From Aulosira sp. ZfuVER01 (GTDB lineage: Bacteria > Cyanobacteriota > Cyanobacteriia > Cyanobacteriales > Nostocaceae), in assembly GCA_034530615.2 (NCBI GenBank), contig JAVRCV020000065.1:1-64000 (forward strand): a DNA stretch of 64,000 bases, written 5' to 3'. Positions 42,274 through 53,690 of the stretch are shown here, one piece after another. Positions within the stretch are counted from its first letter, which is position 1. Every line of letters starts with the position of its first letter. Position numbers and translations under genes: made by a program. The notes beneath the pieces were generated by a model, which saw only the letters and a program-made list of their open reading frames with translations, did no database searches and was not told where the DNA came from.

Positions 42274-43620
42274 TTACAACGTATATGTAAACTCATCTAC
42301 TAACATTCCCGGAACTAGACTACCTCCGAGTTGGCGGCTTTCATAGGTTCCGACTTCGGGGATAAATTCTTGAAAATTGGTCAAATCTACTAAATTGTCT
42401 CCCCAGAAGCGATAGAGGCTTTCATCGAAACGTAAGTTTTCAATAGGGGCGATAATCTCTCCTTTCTCTACCCAAAAACAAGCATAACGGGTCATACCTG
42501 TAATTCTACCTGTGGGGCGATCGCTCCAGTTCAAGTAATGCAAGTTCGATACATACAAACCTGTATCTAAACTTGGCAAAATATGCTCGAATGCCAAATT
42601 TCCTGGGCTGATTTCTGGCGCACGTAAAGTTTCTGAGCTATTAGCAGCATTAGCAGGTTTTTGATATTCTTTAGCAGTCCGAGAGTTGACTAAGGTATTT
42701 ATTAAAAATCCTTTTTCGATTATAGGTAACTCTGGTGCTGCCATTTCTCCCCAGCCATTAAATCGGGGCACCAACCCTAGCTGAAAATTTTCTTTTAAAC
42801 TAAACTCTGGGGAAAGTAGTTTTTCGTGACGAGATAGTGTAGCCAATGCACTGTTCCCTTGTTGTAAATCCGCTTCACTTACAGCACCCCAAGAAAGCAT
42901 CATTACTAAATCGGCAACTGCGGCGGGTGCAAAATAAGTTTTGTATTTTCCTCTGGGCAATTCTTTAGGAGCAACTGCAAGTAATTCTAATTGTTTTTTA
43001 TCTTCGTTAATCCTTTTTATATAAGCAAATTCATCCCAATTACTACCTGCAAAAGTTCCTTTAACTGCTTGTCCTGATGGTCTAAATAGAGAATAGTCTA
43101 AGGTAAATGTGTCTGTAGAAAACCAATGTTTTTGTCCTTGAGAATCGCCGTACCCTTTAATTACAACTCCCCCAGCATATATTCCCGTAAAATCTAATTC
43201 TGGAACTAGTTCTAGTATTGTCGGAACTACATCTTCGCTTGCCAATAATTTACCAGAATGTACTTCTCTACTCGTATTATTTCCTGATGGCAAAACTAAA
43301 TATGGATCGATAGGTAAAAATCGCAGTTCTCCCCGCAAATCTTGTAAAGCTTTGTATGCTACTTGCCAATCAATATCCCAATTGCCAGTAAAGGGAAACT
43401 GCCGAAAACTACTGCGCTGATCTTCCATTAAAGTCAGTTCAATCCAACCATCAGCGACATAACCAGTTTGTCGCACTTTAGCGTGATTAAAACGTGTAAA
43501 TTGACTCCGTTCACTACTAAGTTTGACAGTGAATTCTTCAGTTACAGTTTTTTTGATGAGTAGAGTTTCAATTAGTTGATTAAAGCTGACTTCTAAAGCA
43601 GATAACTCGTCAATTTTCAT
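42274..43620 (-). CDS. TldE/PmbA family protein
   Basis: SQFTRFN, FAPAAVADL, LHYLNWSD, TGMTR and IENLRF; likely start MKIDELS at 43620. Confidence 0.88.
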   Translation of the reverse strand: MKIDELSALEVSFNQLIETLLIKKTVTEEFTVKLSSERSQFTRFNHAKVRQTGYVADGWIELTLMEDQRSSFRQFPFTGNWDIDWQVAYKALQDLRGELRFLPIDPYLVLPSGNNTSREVHSGKLLASEDVVPTILELVPELDFTGIYAGGVVIKGYGDSQGQKHWFSTDTFTLDYSLFRPSGQAVKGTFAGSNWDEFAYIKRINEDKKQLELLAVAPKELPRGKYKTYFAPAAVADLVMMLSWGAVSEADLQQGNSALATLSRHEKLLSPEFSLKENFQLGLVPRFNGWGEMAAPELPIIEKGFLINTLVNSRTAKEYQKPANAANSSETLRAPEISPGNLAFEHILPSLDTGLYVSNLHYLNWSDRPTGRITGMTRYACFWVEKGEIIAPIENLRFDESLYRFWGDNLVDLTNFQEFIPEVGTYESRQLGGSLVPGMLVDEFTYTL

Positions 43621-43701
43621 GGGCATTATGTGGTCAGGACAAGATGGACAAAGGAAGGAGGAGAAGGGAGAAATAACAAAGGACAAATGACAAATGACTA
43701 T

Positions 43702-45141
43702 TCAACTACCCCCACCAAAGACTTCGACGTTAGCAAATAGACAAACTGGTGAACCATGTCCTACCCAAATTGCCTGATTTGGTTCGCCTTTACCGCAGAA
43801 AGGAGTACCGTAAATTTGCCAATTAGAAGCATCACCTACTTTGATTAAGCTTTGCCAAAATTCTGGAGTTGTGGCGCGATAGTTGGAGTTACGCAGGGTT
43901 TTGGTGAGTTTGCCGTTTTCAATCAATTTGCCATACTCACAACCAAACTGAAATTTATAACGGCGATCGTCTATTGACCAAGAACGGTTAGATTCCATGT
44001 AAACTCCATGTTCGATACCACCGATAATTTCGTCAAAGCTGGCGTTTCCTGGCTCTAAATTCAAGTTTGCCATGCGATCAATCGCGGGGCGATTCCAAGA
44101 GGAAGCACGGGCACAGGCTACACCTGCTACACCTGCTCTCGCTTGGCTTTCGAGACTACCCAAACCTCTTTGAAGTACGCCTTCTTTGATGACATACTCT
44201 CGTGTGGCTACAGCACCAGTATCATCAAAGCCATAGCTGGCAAATTCACCAGGTACAGTGGGGTCGAAGGTAATGTTCATCAGTGGCGAGCCGTAGACTA
44301 AGTTACCAAAATCACTTTTGTTCACAAAGCTACCGCCAGCGTAGTTACGCTCATCTCCTAAAATTCGGTCAATTTCTAAAGGATGACCTACACTTTCATG
44401 AATTTGCAGCATCATTTGATCTGGTGCTAACACTAAATTAGTGCGTGTATTCGGGCACTCTTCTGCTGTCAATAGTTCGACTGCTTGCTCACCAACTTGT
44501 TGCACCCGATGCCATAAGCCTTCTTGTTTTAATAATTCCAGTCCACCTTGGTAACAGTTGGCGTGCCAGCCGTTGTTAGTACGTTGCTGGACGATCGCAC
44601 CATCTTGGGCAGTAGCTCCGTAATGTGCGCCCACAGAGAGAAACTTTTGGTACACTTGGGAGCCATTACTACTGGCAAACCATGTTTCTTTTTCGCTGCT
44701 GGTAAAGCTAGCTGTGGTTTGCACAATTTTGTCGCTAACTTTCAGTGTTTGACAAATCCGAACCAGCAAATCGTTAATTTCCCCAGGAGTGAGAGCATCT
44801 AATGGTTCTAAAAATGGTGAGTTATATTCACCCACAACTTTCGGGCGCTCAGTTTCACGGAAATCATATATCCGCCATTCGCTAGCTACAAGTGCCTGTT
44901 TATAGGCTATTTCCGCAGCGGCTTGTAAGCTAGCAAGTTCTAGAGAATTGGTAGCAGCATAACCCAAACTGCCATTTACCAAGACTTCTAACATTGCCCC
45001 CATTGTGGAGTATTTGCCATTAGTTTGAGGTAAGCCATCACGAACATGACGGTTAGCGGCTGTTTCTTTAACAGCTCTAATCCCAACCCAATCAGCGGGA
45101 ATATTAAGATGAGCGATCGCTCTTGTTAATTCAGACCACAT
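43702..45141 (-). CDS. tldD: TldD family metalloprotease
   Basis: HESVGHPLE zinc motif, FDDTG, RMANLNL and CGKGEPNQ. Confidence 0.92.
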   Translation of the reverse strand: MWSELTRAIAHLNIPADWVGIRAVKETAANRHVRDGLPQTNGKYSTMGAMLEVLVNGSLGYAATNSLELASLQAAAEIAYKQALVASEWRIYDFRETERPKVVGEYNSPFLEPLDALTPGEINDLLVRICQTLKVSDKIVQTTASFTSSEKETWFASSNGSQVYQKFLSVGAHYGATAQDGAIVQQRTNNGWHANCYQGGLELLKQEGLWHRVQQVGEQAVELLTAEECPNTRTNLVLAPDQMMLQIHESVGHPLEIDRILGDERNYAGGSFVNKSDFGNLVYGSPLMNITFDPTVPGEFASYGFDDTGAVATREYVIKEGVLQRGLGSLESQARAGVAGVACARASSWNRPAIDRMANLNLEPGNASFDEIIGGIEHGVYMESNRSWSIDDRRYKFQFGCEYGKLIENGKLTKTLRNSNYRATTPEFWQSLIKVGDASNWQIYGTPFCGKGEPNQAIWVGHGSPVCLFANVEVFGGGS

Positions 45142-45230
45142 AATATAAATTCAAAATGAAGATAATTATTGTTGACGATTCTATTGCGTTGCGATCGCTT
45201 GGCTACAGCTTGTTACCAAAAGTTTATTGT

Positions 45231-45656
45231 TTATGCTGTCCAATCTTCTATTCGCAGGTTGGGAACTTGAGAAAAATCTTGATAATTACATGTGACCATA
45301 ATGCTATTTGTAGACAGAGCAATCGCAGCAATACGAAGGTCTTTTTGCAGCCTTTTCTTATTGAGTTTTGGGTGTTGTTTCAACAGGCTTTCGTCAGAAG
45401 CATTTGCTGTGGCATCAAAGTTTAATATGACGACGCTCTTAAAATAATCTGTTGTTTCCCAAAGTTTTGTATAGACTATAACCAAATTTTCAGCTTGAGA
45501 TGGATCGTTAAGCTTACCCATCCACCCGTTGAAAATTTCCTGAACTGTAATAATTGTGATAGCTACAGACGATGTTTGAGAAACTTTTGTAATAACTTTG
45601 TGATTACCTTCAAGGAACAGGGACACATGATCTGTATCGAGTATCCATCTGCTCAT
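45231..45656 (-). CDS. PIN-domain (VapC) toxin
   Basis: ILDTD, TVQE, DLRIAAIAL and NYQDFSQVPNLRIEDW. Confidence 0.92.
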   Translation of the reverse strand: MSRWILDTDHVSLFLEGNHKVITKVSQTSSVAITIITVQEIFNGWMGKLNDPSQAENLVIVYTKLWETTDYFKSVVILNFDATANASDESLLKQHPKLNKKRLQKDLRIAAIALSTNSIMVTCNYQDFSQVPNLRIEDWTA

Positions 45657-45988
45657 ACATCATTTGCTGAAGATTCTTGTTCGGTTTCTTGTCTTTGTGC
45701 TCTCATGTCCTCAGCAATTTCTACAAATAGAGGATTGTCCTTAAACATTCCTGCAAATTTCATCCAAGGATGGGGATTTGAAGACAGTTCCATTTGCAAA
45801 GAAACAATTTCTGCTTTAGCTAAACGTTCTGCCAGAAGTTGACGTATTCCATCCAATGCTTGCTGGCGGGTGTCAGATGTAATTCGACATTCAGGAATTT
45901 CTAGTACGATCGCAGTCTCTTTGCCAGTTGTATCTTGTTCTAAAAGAATATTAAAGTCTAAGATGTTTGCTGATTGGGAAGACATCAT
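45653..45988 (-). CDS. Putative antitoxin (HicB-like N-terminus)
   Basis: Overlaps the toxin start (ATGA); AIVLEIPEC...TRQQAL, and C-terminal PWMKFAGMFKDNP. Confidence 0.75.
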   Translation of the reverse strand: MMSSQSANILDFNILLEQDTTGKETAIVLEIPECRITSDTRQQALDGIRQLLAERLAKAEIVSLQMELSSNPHPWMKFAGMFKDNPLFVEIAEDMRAQRQETEQESSANDV

Positions 45989-46016
45989 TTTTTTATCCTA
46001 TTGTTTGCTTGAATTG

Positions 46017-47498
46017 TTAACTCCTGTGCCAACGAGTGCCATCCTTACTATCAATTAAGGTAATACCTTTAGCTTGTAGTTCATTTCGGATGCGATCGCC
46101 TTCGGCAAAATTCTTCGCTTTTCTGGCTGCTTGGCGTTGTTGAATTAAATCTTCAATTTCTGCATCGCTTAAACCATCACTCGCAGGAGTTTCAGTTTCT
46201 ACTTTCGCTTCTAAACCTAAGACTCCAGCCAACGTTACAAGTGTTTGCCACTGTTGAAGTAATTCATCTGCTGGGGTTTCCGTTTTGCCTTCATGCACGA
46301 TAATATTTCCCTCACGACGCAGTTCTTTGGCTAATTCAAAAATCACTGCTAACCCACCAGGGAAATTAAAGTCATCATTCACAGCTTCTTGGAAACGTTC
46401 TATATAGGAGTTAGAAATTTCTTTTCCATTCCCCGCGTCTTTTTGTCCCCGCGTCTCCGCGTCCTTTAATTTCCAACCAAGTTGTTCCCCATATTCATAG
46501 CCAAAAAGCAATCCTTCTTTGAGGGTATGCCAGCCGTTGGTGGCAGCAGCGATCGCTTCATCGGTAAAATCGATAGGCTTGCGATATTGGGCTTGCAGTA
46601 CAAACAACCGCACCGCCATTGGTTCCACGCCTCGATCTAATAAGTCGCGGATGGTGGTAAAGTTACCCAAAGACTTAGACATTTTCTCGCCATCCACCTT
46701 CACCATGCCGTTGTGCAGCCAGTAGCGAGATAAAGGTTTGCCTGTCACCGCTTCAGATTGGGCAATTTCGTTTTCGTGATGCGGAAAAATTAAGTCAGCA
46801 CCGCCAGCATGAATGTCTATGGTATCGCCCAAGCGATCGCGCACCATTGCTGAACATTCTATATGCCACCCTGGACGGCCTTCACCCCAAGGTGATTCCC
46901 AAGCAGGTTCACCTGGTTTTGCTGCTTTCCACAAAGCAAAGTCAAAGGGATCTTTTTTCTTTTGATATTCTGGATCTTCTATATTAACGCGATCGCTAGC
47001 ACCCGCTTGCATATCGTCTAACTTCCGCCCAGACAGCTTACCATACTCAGAAAACTGCCGTACTGCATAGTAAACATCACCATCGGCGGGGTAAGCGTAA
47101 CCTTTATTTTCTAAATCGTGAATTAGCCGTTGAATGCCATTCATCGTGTGGGTAGCACGGGGATACTCATCAGCTTCTTTGATTCCCAGCCTGCCCATAT
47201 CCTCAAAGTAAGCTTTAATGAAGCGATCGGCAACAGCTTCCATTGATGATTGTTCTTGCCTTGCTCGATTTAGAATCTTGTCATCAATATCGGTAAAATT
47301 CTGGATATAGCGCACTTCATAGCCGATAAACTGGAGGTATCGCCGCACTACATCCCAAACAATACAAGCTCTGGCATGACCCAAATGACAGTAGTCGTAT
47401 ACCGTCACGCCGCAGTAATACATCTTAACTTTGCCTGGTTCTACTGTTTCAAAGGGTTCCTGGCGACGGGTGAGGGTATTGTAAAGAGTTAGGGTCAT
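46017..47498 (-). CDS. cysS: Cysteine-tRNA ligase
   Basis: [32 protein letters not shown] and KMSKS; ATG at 47498. Confidence 0.98.
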   Translation of the reverse strand: MTLTLYNTLTRRQEPFETVEPGKVKMYYCGVTVYDYCHLGHARACIVWDVVRRYLQFIGYEVRYIQNFTDIDDKILNRARQEQSSMEAVADRFIKAYFEDMGRLGIKEADEYPRATHTMNGIQRLIHDLENKGYAYPADGDVYYAVRQFSEYGKLSGRKLDDMQAGASDRVNIEDPEYQKKKDPFDFALWKAAKPGEPAWESPWGEGRPGWHIECSAMVRDRLGDTIDIHAGGADLIFPHHENEIAQSEAVTGKPLSRYWLHNGMVKVDGEKMSKSLGNFTTIRDLLDRGVEPMAVRLFVLQAQYRKPIDFTDEAIAAATNGWHTLKEGLLFGYEYGEQLGWKLKDAETRGQKDAGNGKEISNSYIERFQEAVNDDFNFPGGLAVIFELAKELRREGNIIVHEGKTETPADELLQQWQTLVTLAGVLGLEAKVETETPASDGLSDAEIEDLIQQRQAARKAKNFAEGDRIRNELQAKGITLIDSKDGTRWHRS

Positions 47499-47746
47499 AA
47501 GCAATTGAAAATTCAAAATTCAAGATTCAGAATGGTACAACCTACTTGTGGTAAACATCTTGACTACCTATCTATAATGCAGAGTCAAGCAACTACAGCT
47601 AAGATAAGTAATTTTGAAATAGATAGATACGTAATAATAGGGTAAAGCACCTGGGATGAGAGTCCAGCATCCCTATCCTAGTGTTTTCTGGACTCTCTGC
47701 GCTACACTCCTACTTCTTGAATTTAATTTGTTTTGATTAGAGCGCT

Positions 47747-48865
47747 ATGCAATCAGCAGTTACTTCTGAATCTCAAGCAATGGATGCGCCAAAACAAGGT
47801 ATACCTGTAACAATCATTACAGGATTCCTCGGTAGTGGTAAGACAACATTACTTAATCATATCCTGACGAATCAGCAGGGATTAAAAACTGCTGTTTTAG
47901 TCAATGAATTTGGTGAAATTGGCATCGATAACGAATTAATTGTTTCCACCGATGAAAACATGGTGGAACTAAATAATGGTTGTATTTGTTGCACTATTAA
48001 TAGTGATTTAGTTGATGCCGTTTACAAAGTTTTAGAACGTGAAGAAAAGTTAGATTATTTAGTTGTAGAAACAACTGGACTAGCAGATCCATTGCCAGTA
48101 GCTCTAACATTTCTCGGTACAGAATTGCGGGATTTAACTCGTTTGGATTCGATTATTACCGTAGTAGACGCGGCGAATTACAGCCTAGATTTATTTAATT
48201 CTCAGGCAGCATATAGTCAGATTGCCTATGGTGATGTCATTATTTTGAATAAAGCAGATTTAGTTGATGAAGCTGCTTTAAATGAATTAGAACGAAAAGT
48301 TTCGGAAGTTAAAGAAGGAGCGAGAATTCTTCGCACCACACGTTCAGACGTACCACTTCCCTTAATTCTGAGTGTTGGTTTATTTGAGTCTGATAAGTAT
48401 TTTGATAACGTGTCAGACGAACACGAGCATCATCACCACGCTCATGAGCATCATGACCACGACCACGATCATTCTAACTGCGGTCACGATCATCACGACC
48501 ATGACCATGACCATGAGCATCATCACCATCATTCCGACCACTTAGAAAATGATGGTTTTACCTCATTGTCTTTCCAAAGCGACAAGCCTTTTTCTATTAG
48601 GAAGTTTCAATATTTCTTAGATAACCAGCTACCCACTGATGTATTTCGGGCAAAGGGTATTATGTGGTTTGAAGAAAGCCCCAAACGTCATATTTTCCAC
48701 TTGTGTGGCAAACGCTTCACAATGGATGATGATGAGTGGAAAGGTCAACCGAAAAATCAGCTAGTCTTGATTGGTCAACATTTAGATAGCGAAACATTGC
48801 TCAGTCAGCTAGAAAATTGCCTTTGTCTTCCTTCAGTGAGTCGAGGTAAAGGCTTTGGCAAATAG
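47747..48865 (+). CDS. COG0523/CobW-family metallochaperone GTPase
   Basis: GFLGSGKTT, GCICC, ETTG, NKAD and a long His/Asp-rich insert. Confidence 0.95.
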   Translation: MQSAVTSESQAMDAPKQGIPVTIITGFLGSGKTTLLNHILTNQQGLKTAVLVNEFGEIGIDNELIVSTDENMVELNNGCICCTINSDLVDAVYKVLEREEKLDYLVVETTGLADPLPVALTFLGTELRDLTRLDSIITVVDAANYSLDLFNSQAAYSQIAYGDVIILNKADLVDEAALNELERKVSEVKEGARILRTTRSDVPLPLILSVGLFESDKYFDNVSDEHEHHHHAHEHHDHDHDHSNCGHDHHDHDHDHEHHHHHSDHLENDGFTSLSFQSDKPFSIRKFQYFLDNQLPTDVFRAKGIMWFEESPKRHIFHLCGKRFTMDDDEWKGQPKNQLVLIGQHLDSETLLSQLENCLCLPSVSRGKGFGK

Positions 48866-48896
48866 TTTTTAGTTATTTGTCAATACAAACGCCTGG

Positions 48897-48925
48897 TTAG
48901 GGGTTTAGCAATGCTAAACCCTTAC
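48897..48925. repeat. REP-like palindrome
   Basis: taggggtttagca-a-tgctaaaccctta. Confidence 0.7.
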
Positions 48926-48960
48926 GAAAAATCCATATAGCAATCCGTAGAGGAATAAAT

Positions 48961-48994
48961 GCGTAGGCACGAATTGCTTGCCGCTAGGAATCGC
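48961..48994. mobile_element. 26-nt insertion in a HIP1 site
   Basis: GCG-taggcacgaattgcttgccgctagga-ATCGC; identical flanks with an empty HIP1 occur at 49202-49233. Confidence 0.85.
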
Positions 48995-49141
48995 TCTAAT
49001 GCATTAACAATACAAGCCGATGTAATGGCATAACATACTGGTGCATTAACATTGCAAAATGTTGTGTTTAGTGGATTTAACCCGATTAAAAACAGTTGTA
49101 ATGTTGATGAATCTAACGATCGCCTGTTTTGTGGTGAGAGT

Positions 49142-49174
49142 GCGATGTCTTGACAAGCCACTGCGCGTCTACAC
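49142..49174 (-). mobile_element. 25-nt SDR5-like insertion in a degenerate HIP1 site
   Basis: GCGAT-gtcttgacaagccactgcgcgtcta-CAC. Confidence 0.6.
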
Positions 49175-49306
49175 AATTCCTTCCACAGCAGAATTTCAGC
49201 AAGGAATAAATGCGATCGCTCTAATGCATTAACGTAACACGCCTATGTGTTGACATAATAGACCGATCGCCTGCTTTGTGGTAAAAATCTATCAGCTTGC
49301 CAGTAA

Positions 49307-52012
49307 CTATTTTATGCTTGGTACTTCATCCTTAACCTGTTCAAATTTAAATCCACTAACTGGGAGTCCGCCTTTAGTTGGAACTACTCTGACAACAAGA
49401 GGTTCTTTTTGGCTATCACCATTCCGATCAAACTGGAGTGGATATCCTGAAGTTTCGCTCGATGGAAGATTAACAGATCTGAGTTTTTCTAAAACAGTTG
49501 GACGAGTGGGATTGTTTGATGATATGTTTTTAATAGCTGCAATAAAAGCCTGAGTCGCATCATAAGCTGTAGCTGTGCGCCAGCTTATTTGCCCTCCCCA
49601 TGTTTTTCTAGCGTTATCTGCAAATTCTTTTGAATTCTGCTCTTCTGCAAACCAATTTACAGATATCACCAAACCTTCAAAAGCTGATTTCAAAGTGTCC
49701 TGATTATACAAAGTGCCTCCTCCTAACAGAGGCAATTTTTTGCTGATCTGAGCACGGGCAATTGCAAGTGCCACAGAAGTTAACTTTGTATCCGGAAACA
49801 AAACAATTGCATCTGCTTTATCTTCATTTTGAATTTTTAAAATTTCAGCAGATGTATCCAGTGAAGCATCACTCAAATCCTGAGTACGGATAACTTCTGC
49901 GTTCTTATTCTTAAACAGGTTTTCAAACTGTTCTTTTACGTCCTTACTATAAACATCATCAGGATTGTAGAAAATAACTACTCTTTTATAGCCATTCTTG
50001 ATAGCATAATCTGCTAACTTTCCCATCTCTACTTTGGTAGACAGTACTGTTCTAAAGAATACTTTGCCCTTTAACAAAGTACTTGCGCTACCTGGAGATA
50101 GCATTGCTATACCAGCCTTTTCATACTCAGGTAATGCAGCTTGACTGCTTGTACTAGTATAATGTCCAATAACCCCTATAATATTTTGGTTTTTAATTAA
50201 CTCTCTAGCAACTTTTATAGCTTGAGTTTGGTCATTGCTATCATTAGCAATTACTATATTTAAAAGTCGCTTATTCTCTTTACTTCGTAACTCATTAAAA
50301 TCATCTTGTGCCTGTGCAACTCCTCGCAAGAGTTCTTGAGAGATCCCAGATGCTCTATTAGTATCTGGTAAAACAACTGCCAGCGTAATTGGGTTGCCTT
50401 GTTGATATGCTCTAGCATTGTTGTAATAAATTCGCAACTCTGGATCGTAAGGAAAGGCTTGTCTAGCTTTTTTAAAATACTCAACAGCTTGGGTATAATC
50501 TTTGTTTTCAAAAGCTTTAAAAGCCTGAGTGCGACTTGGATTTTCACTTCCACCAAACAAAGTATGCTCACCTTCACTAAGGAATGGCAATCCTGGCTGT
50601 TGCTGTTGTGGTTGTTCCGTTATTAACGTTTGAGGGTCTGACTTATTATTAACAACCGGAGGTTTTTCTCGTGATTGCCAGTATAACCACCCAAGAAGCA
50701 ATGAAATTAGTAGCACTGGAGCAAGTGCTGAGACAATACGCTGCTGCTTTCGTGTTACTAATTCTTGGCTAGCATATAAAAATTGATAATCTTCAACAAG
50801 CAACTGTTTATTTTCTGCCCATGCTTGAGCTTGTCGTAATTTTTGCCCTTGCAAGAGATGCGATTTATTCTGACGACTAGACTCTAGCCATGCTGCTAAT
50901 TCCTTTGCATAAGGTCGCAAATTCGCTAACTCCTGATTTACCCAGTTGTTGTCAAAAACAGACTCATAAATACAGTTAGAAACTCTTAACTTACCATTTT
51001 GCTTAACTACCAATCCCGACAGGCGCAATTCTATTTGCCCCGGACTGTTATCTTCTTCAATTTCTCTTTTTCGTAAAATTTGTTCATATAATTCAAGCAA
51101 CAGATCCGCAGGTTGCTTGTTGCTGAAAATCCGATCGCGTATTGTTCTCAAATGCTCAGGATCATCCTGAGATTGCCAATTTTGGATAATCCGCGATTGC
51201 ACTAATTCCTCTACAGACAATCCTTGCTTATCATCTAAAATAAATTGACAAAGCTTTTGGGTAAGAAAAGGTTGTCCACCAGTCCATTCCAAAACCTCTC
51301 GTAGCTTTTCTTGAGGATTACTAACTTTACCGACTAATCCCGTAGCTAAAGGCTCCGCTTCATCTAAATCAAAACCTTTGAGTTCAATGGCTTGGCCAAT
51401 ATTAAAAGGTGTGCGCTGTTTATCTTGAATCAAATCAGAGGGAGTTGCTACTCCTAAAAGACAAAATGTCAGGCGTTTATATTCTGGTTTATCAGCACGT
51501 TGGTTATAGCAAGCTCGAATCAAAGCAAAAAAATCCTCAGTTGAAAAACTTAGGCTGAGAACGCTATCAATTTCATCTACAAAAATGATAATTTTTTTAT
51601 GAATAGAGGTTAGCATCTCCTCTTCAATAAACTTGCCTAATCGCTGCAATGAAGGCAGTAATCTTTGCGCTTTCCACCATCGGTCTAAATCAAAATTCTC
51701 ATTTAGTTTTAAACTCTTAACCAGCTCGTCAATCACACCTGCATACCATTGATCAGGAGTAACATTATGAGTTCCGATCAAAGTAAGATCAATACCAGCA
51801 CAAGCAATTCCCTCTTCCTGCAACTTTTGCATGGTTTTTACCCGCAAACTTGATTTACCCATCTGCCGCGAGTTTAGGACATAACAGAATTCCCCTGCCT
51901 TCAACTTGTTGTATAAGTCGTCATCTGCCTGCCGCATGACGTAGGTAGGAGAATCAGGAAGTAAAGTACCCCCAACTTGATATTCATAGTTTGGGTTAGG
52001 CGCTGGATTCAT
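49307..52012 (-). CDS. AAA-like (AAA_35) ATPase-TM-TPR-periplasmic branched-chain-amino-acid-type binding protein fusion
   Basis: [22 protein letters not shown] and [13 protein letters not shown]; one TM ([16 protein letters not shown]); [17 protein letters not shown] and [12 protein letters not shown]. Confidence 0.92.
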   Translation of the reverse strand: MNPAPNPNYEYQVGGTLLPDSPTYVMRQADDDLYNKLKAGEFCYVLNSRQMGKSSLRVKTMQKLQEEGIACAGIDLTLIGTHNVTPDQWYAGVIDELVKSLKLNENFDLDRWWKAQRLLPSLQRLGKFIEEEMLTSIHKKIIIFVDEIDSVLSLSFSTEDFFALIRACYNQRADKPEYKRLTFCLLGVATPSDLIQDKQRTPFNIGQAIELKGFDLDEAEPLATGLVGKVSNPQEKLREVLEWTGGQPFLTQKLCQFILDDKQGLSVEELVQSRIIQNWQSQDDPEHLRTIRDRIFSNKQPADLLLELYEQILRKREIEEDNSPGQIELRLSGLVVKQNGKLRVSNCIYESVFDNNWVNQELANLRPYAKELAAWLESSRQNKSHLLQGQKLRQAQAWAENKQLLVEDYQFLYASQELVTRKQQRIVSALAPVLLISLLLGWLYWQSREKPPVVNNKSDPQTLITEQPQQQQPGLPFLSEGEHTLFGGSENPSRTQAFKAFENKDYTQAVEYFKKARQAFPYDPELRIYYNNARAYQQGNPITLAVVLPDTNRASGISQELLRGVAQAQDDFNELRSKENKRLLNIVIANDSNDQTQAIKVARELIKNQNIIGVIGHYTSTSSQAALPEYEKAGIAMLSPGSASTLLKGKVFFRTVLSTKVEMGKLADYAIKNGYKRVVIFYNPDDVYSKDVKEQFENLFKNKNAEVIRTQDLSDASLDTSAEILKIQNEDKADAIVLFPDTKLTSVALAIARAQISKKLPLLGGGTLYNQDTLKSAFEGLVISVNWFAEEQNSKEFADNARKTWGGQISWRTATAYDATQAFIAAIKNISSNNPTRPTVLEKLRSVNLPSSETSGYPLQFDRNGDSQKEPLVVRVVPTKGGLPVSGFKFEQVKDEVPSIK

Positions 52013-52112
52013 GAGTTATTACCAATGCGGTTGCACAATAATCATTTTCAGGCTTTCCTTTCTGGTTGCAAAGAGGAACTGGGGTAAATTTCTGGGAAAT
52101 TTGAAATCATAA

Positions 52113-53681
52113 CTACAACCCGAAGCGATCGCAAAAATACAGGCGATACAAATCACACAAGGGCAGAACATCATTGCCTGTGTATTTCACCAATCTCATA
52201 TTGCGTAACTTAAATGCTTTATCAACGCCTATTCTAACTGGCCTATTGGCAGCGACTACTTGCTTCATAGCTCTCATAAGTTCTGGATTATCCTGCAAAA
52301 TTGACCAATGGCGCAGCAGGTGGTCGCCGTATAAACCTTCTTGAGTGGGAGCAATTTCCAATAGTTCTTTCAACGTCAGTTCGCGTTGCGCTATTTTATC
52401 CAGTGCCTCTTTTACCAGCCAAGGATGTCCACCAACCATCGCCATAAGTTGAGCAACTTGCTCTGCATTCCAAGGAAGTTGGAGGCGCTGGGCTAAATTC
52501 TGCACCTGTAGCTGATTTAACTCTGGTATTTCAATACCCTTCCCCACGTTGAATGGCGATTTATGTGTATCTATAGGGATGAAATCTTCTTTGGAGTAAG
52601 CAATAACTAACCGTAACCTTTGCCAATTAGTATTATCTCTGCCCTTCTCATACCAAGAGCGTAGTAAGGGAAGAAAGTCACGAGCAATTTGATGAGAGAA
52701 AATTACATCAACGTTATCCAATCCTAAAACCAGGGGACTATTGATTGCTGGCAACAAATATTGTTCAAAGTAGTTTGTACAGTCTTTGTTCGCACTCAGT
52801 GTACCTTTCCAATTCTCAGCCAGCTTATCTGGTATATTCAATTCCTCGGCTATGCTGCTACAAACCCACTTTAAGAAATGTTTCAGCGTACTGAACACTC
52901 TTGTTTCTGGCTCTTGAAAGTCCAAACGTACTGCTTGATAGCCTTGCTGAGTCTTCCCATAATTTAGAATCTGATACATTAAGTAGGTTTTGCCCCATTG
53001 CAAAGGCGCTCTCAACCGAATTAATGCCCCAGGCCTCTTTACCTCCCTGTAGCAATCAGCATAAAAAGCCGTATCGAAAAACGGAAATTCTACATCTGAT
53101 GCTGTTTCTAGGTGTAACAAACCCTCTAAATCCGACCAATTTTCTAGCACCGTAGCCAGGGGTAAAGCTAATGCGCCTTCTGTATTGTCATAAGCGGCAA
53201 TTATGCCAATAACTCGTTGTGTCGCCGCATTAAATACAGGCGAACCACTATACCCACCTTGCACCTGTTGCGAATTCGCCTTAACTCGCAGCCGCAACAT
53301 TGGTAAGCTTCTAAATTTAGACTGGGGATTCATATCGGTAATCGTGCCATCAATTGAAGCCCCTTGGGGAAAATCCGATCGCCCATAGCCAATAGACAAA
53401 AATCGATCCATCGGCTGAAAATTAACAGCTAGGGGTACCGAAGCACCTTGATAACCAGGTAACTGCAAAATGGCAAAATCATCACAGGTGCGATCGCCTA
53501 AATAAACCAAATCCACCCTTTGCCCATTGACTCGCACGTTTTCCCAACCGCCAGTCGCTTCAACTACATGGGCGCAGGTAAGTAAGTGTCCTTGTGATGA
53601 TATGAAAAAGCCTGTACCCCGAATGCTATTTTCCGGAGTGGCGATCGCCACGGTACAAGCTTTAACTAAGTCCCAACTCAT
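52113..53681 (-). CDS. Trypsin-like serine protease fused to an AAA-like (AAA_35) domain
   Basis: GTGF, LTCAHV, DFAIL and GYSGSPV triad; APLQWGKT, LLRSWYE, SPFNVG and MVGGHPWL. Confidence 0.92.
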   Translation of the reverse strand: MSWDLVKACTVAIATPENSIRGTGFFISSQGHLLTCAHVVEATGGWENVRVNGQRVDLVYLGDRTCDDFAILQLPGYQGASVPLAVNFQPMDRFLSIGYGRSDFPQGASIDGTITDMNPQSKFRSLPMLRLRVKANSQQVQGGYSGSPVFNAATQRVIGIIAAYDNTEGALALPLATVLENWSDLEGLLHLETASDVEFPFFDTAFYADCYREVKRPGALIRLRAPLQWGKTYLMYQILNYGKTQQGYQAVRLDFQEPETRVFSTLKHFLKWVCSSIAEELNIPDKLAENWKGTLSANKDCTNYFEQYLLPAINSPLVLGLDNVDVIFSHQIARDFLPLLRSWYEKGRDNTNWQRLRLVIAYSKEDFIPIDTHKSPFNVGKGIEIPELNQLQVQNLAQRLQLPWNAEQVAQLMAMVGGHPWLVKEALDKIAQRELTLKELLEIAPTQEGLYGDHLLRHWSILQDNPELMRAMKQVVAANRPVRIGVDKAFKLRNMRLVKYTGNDVLPLCDLYRLYFCDRFGL

Positions 53682-53690
53682 GACAATTTA

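Noticed and set aside
48415..48545. Repetitive CAT/GAC tract as a mobile or regulatory repeat
   Set aside because: It encodes the His-rich metal-binding insert normal for COG0523 proteins.
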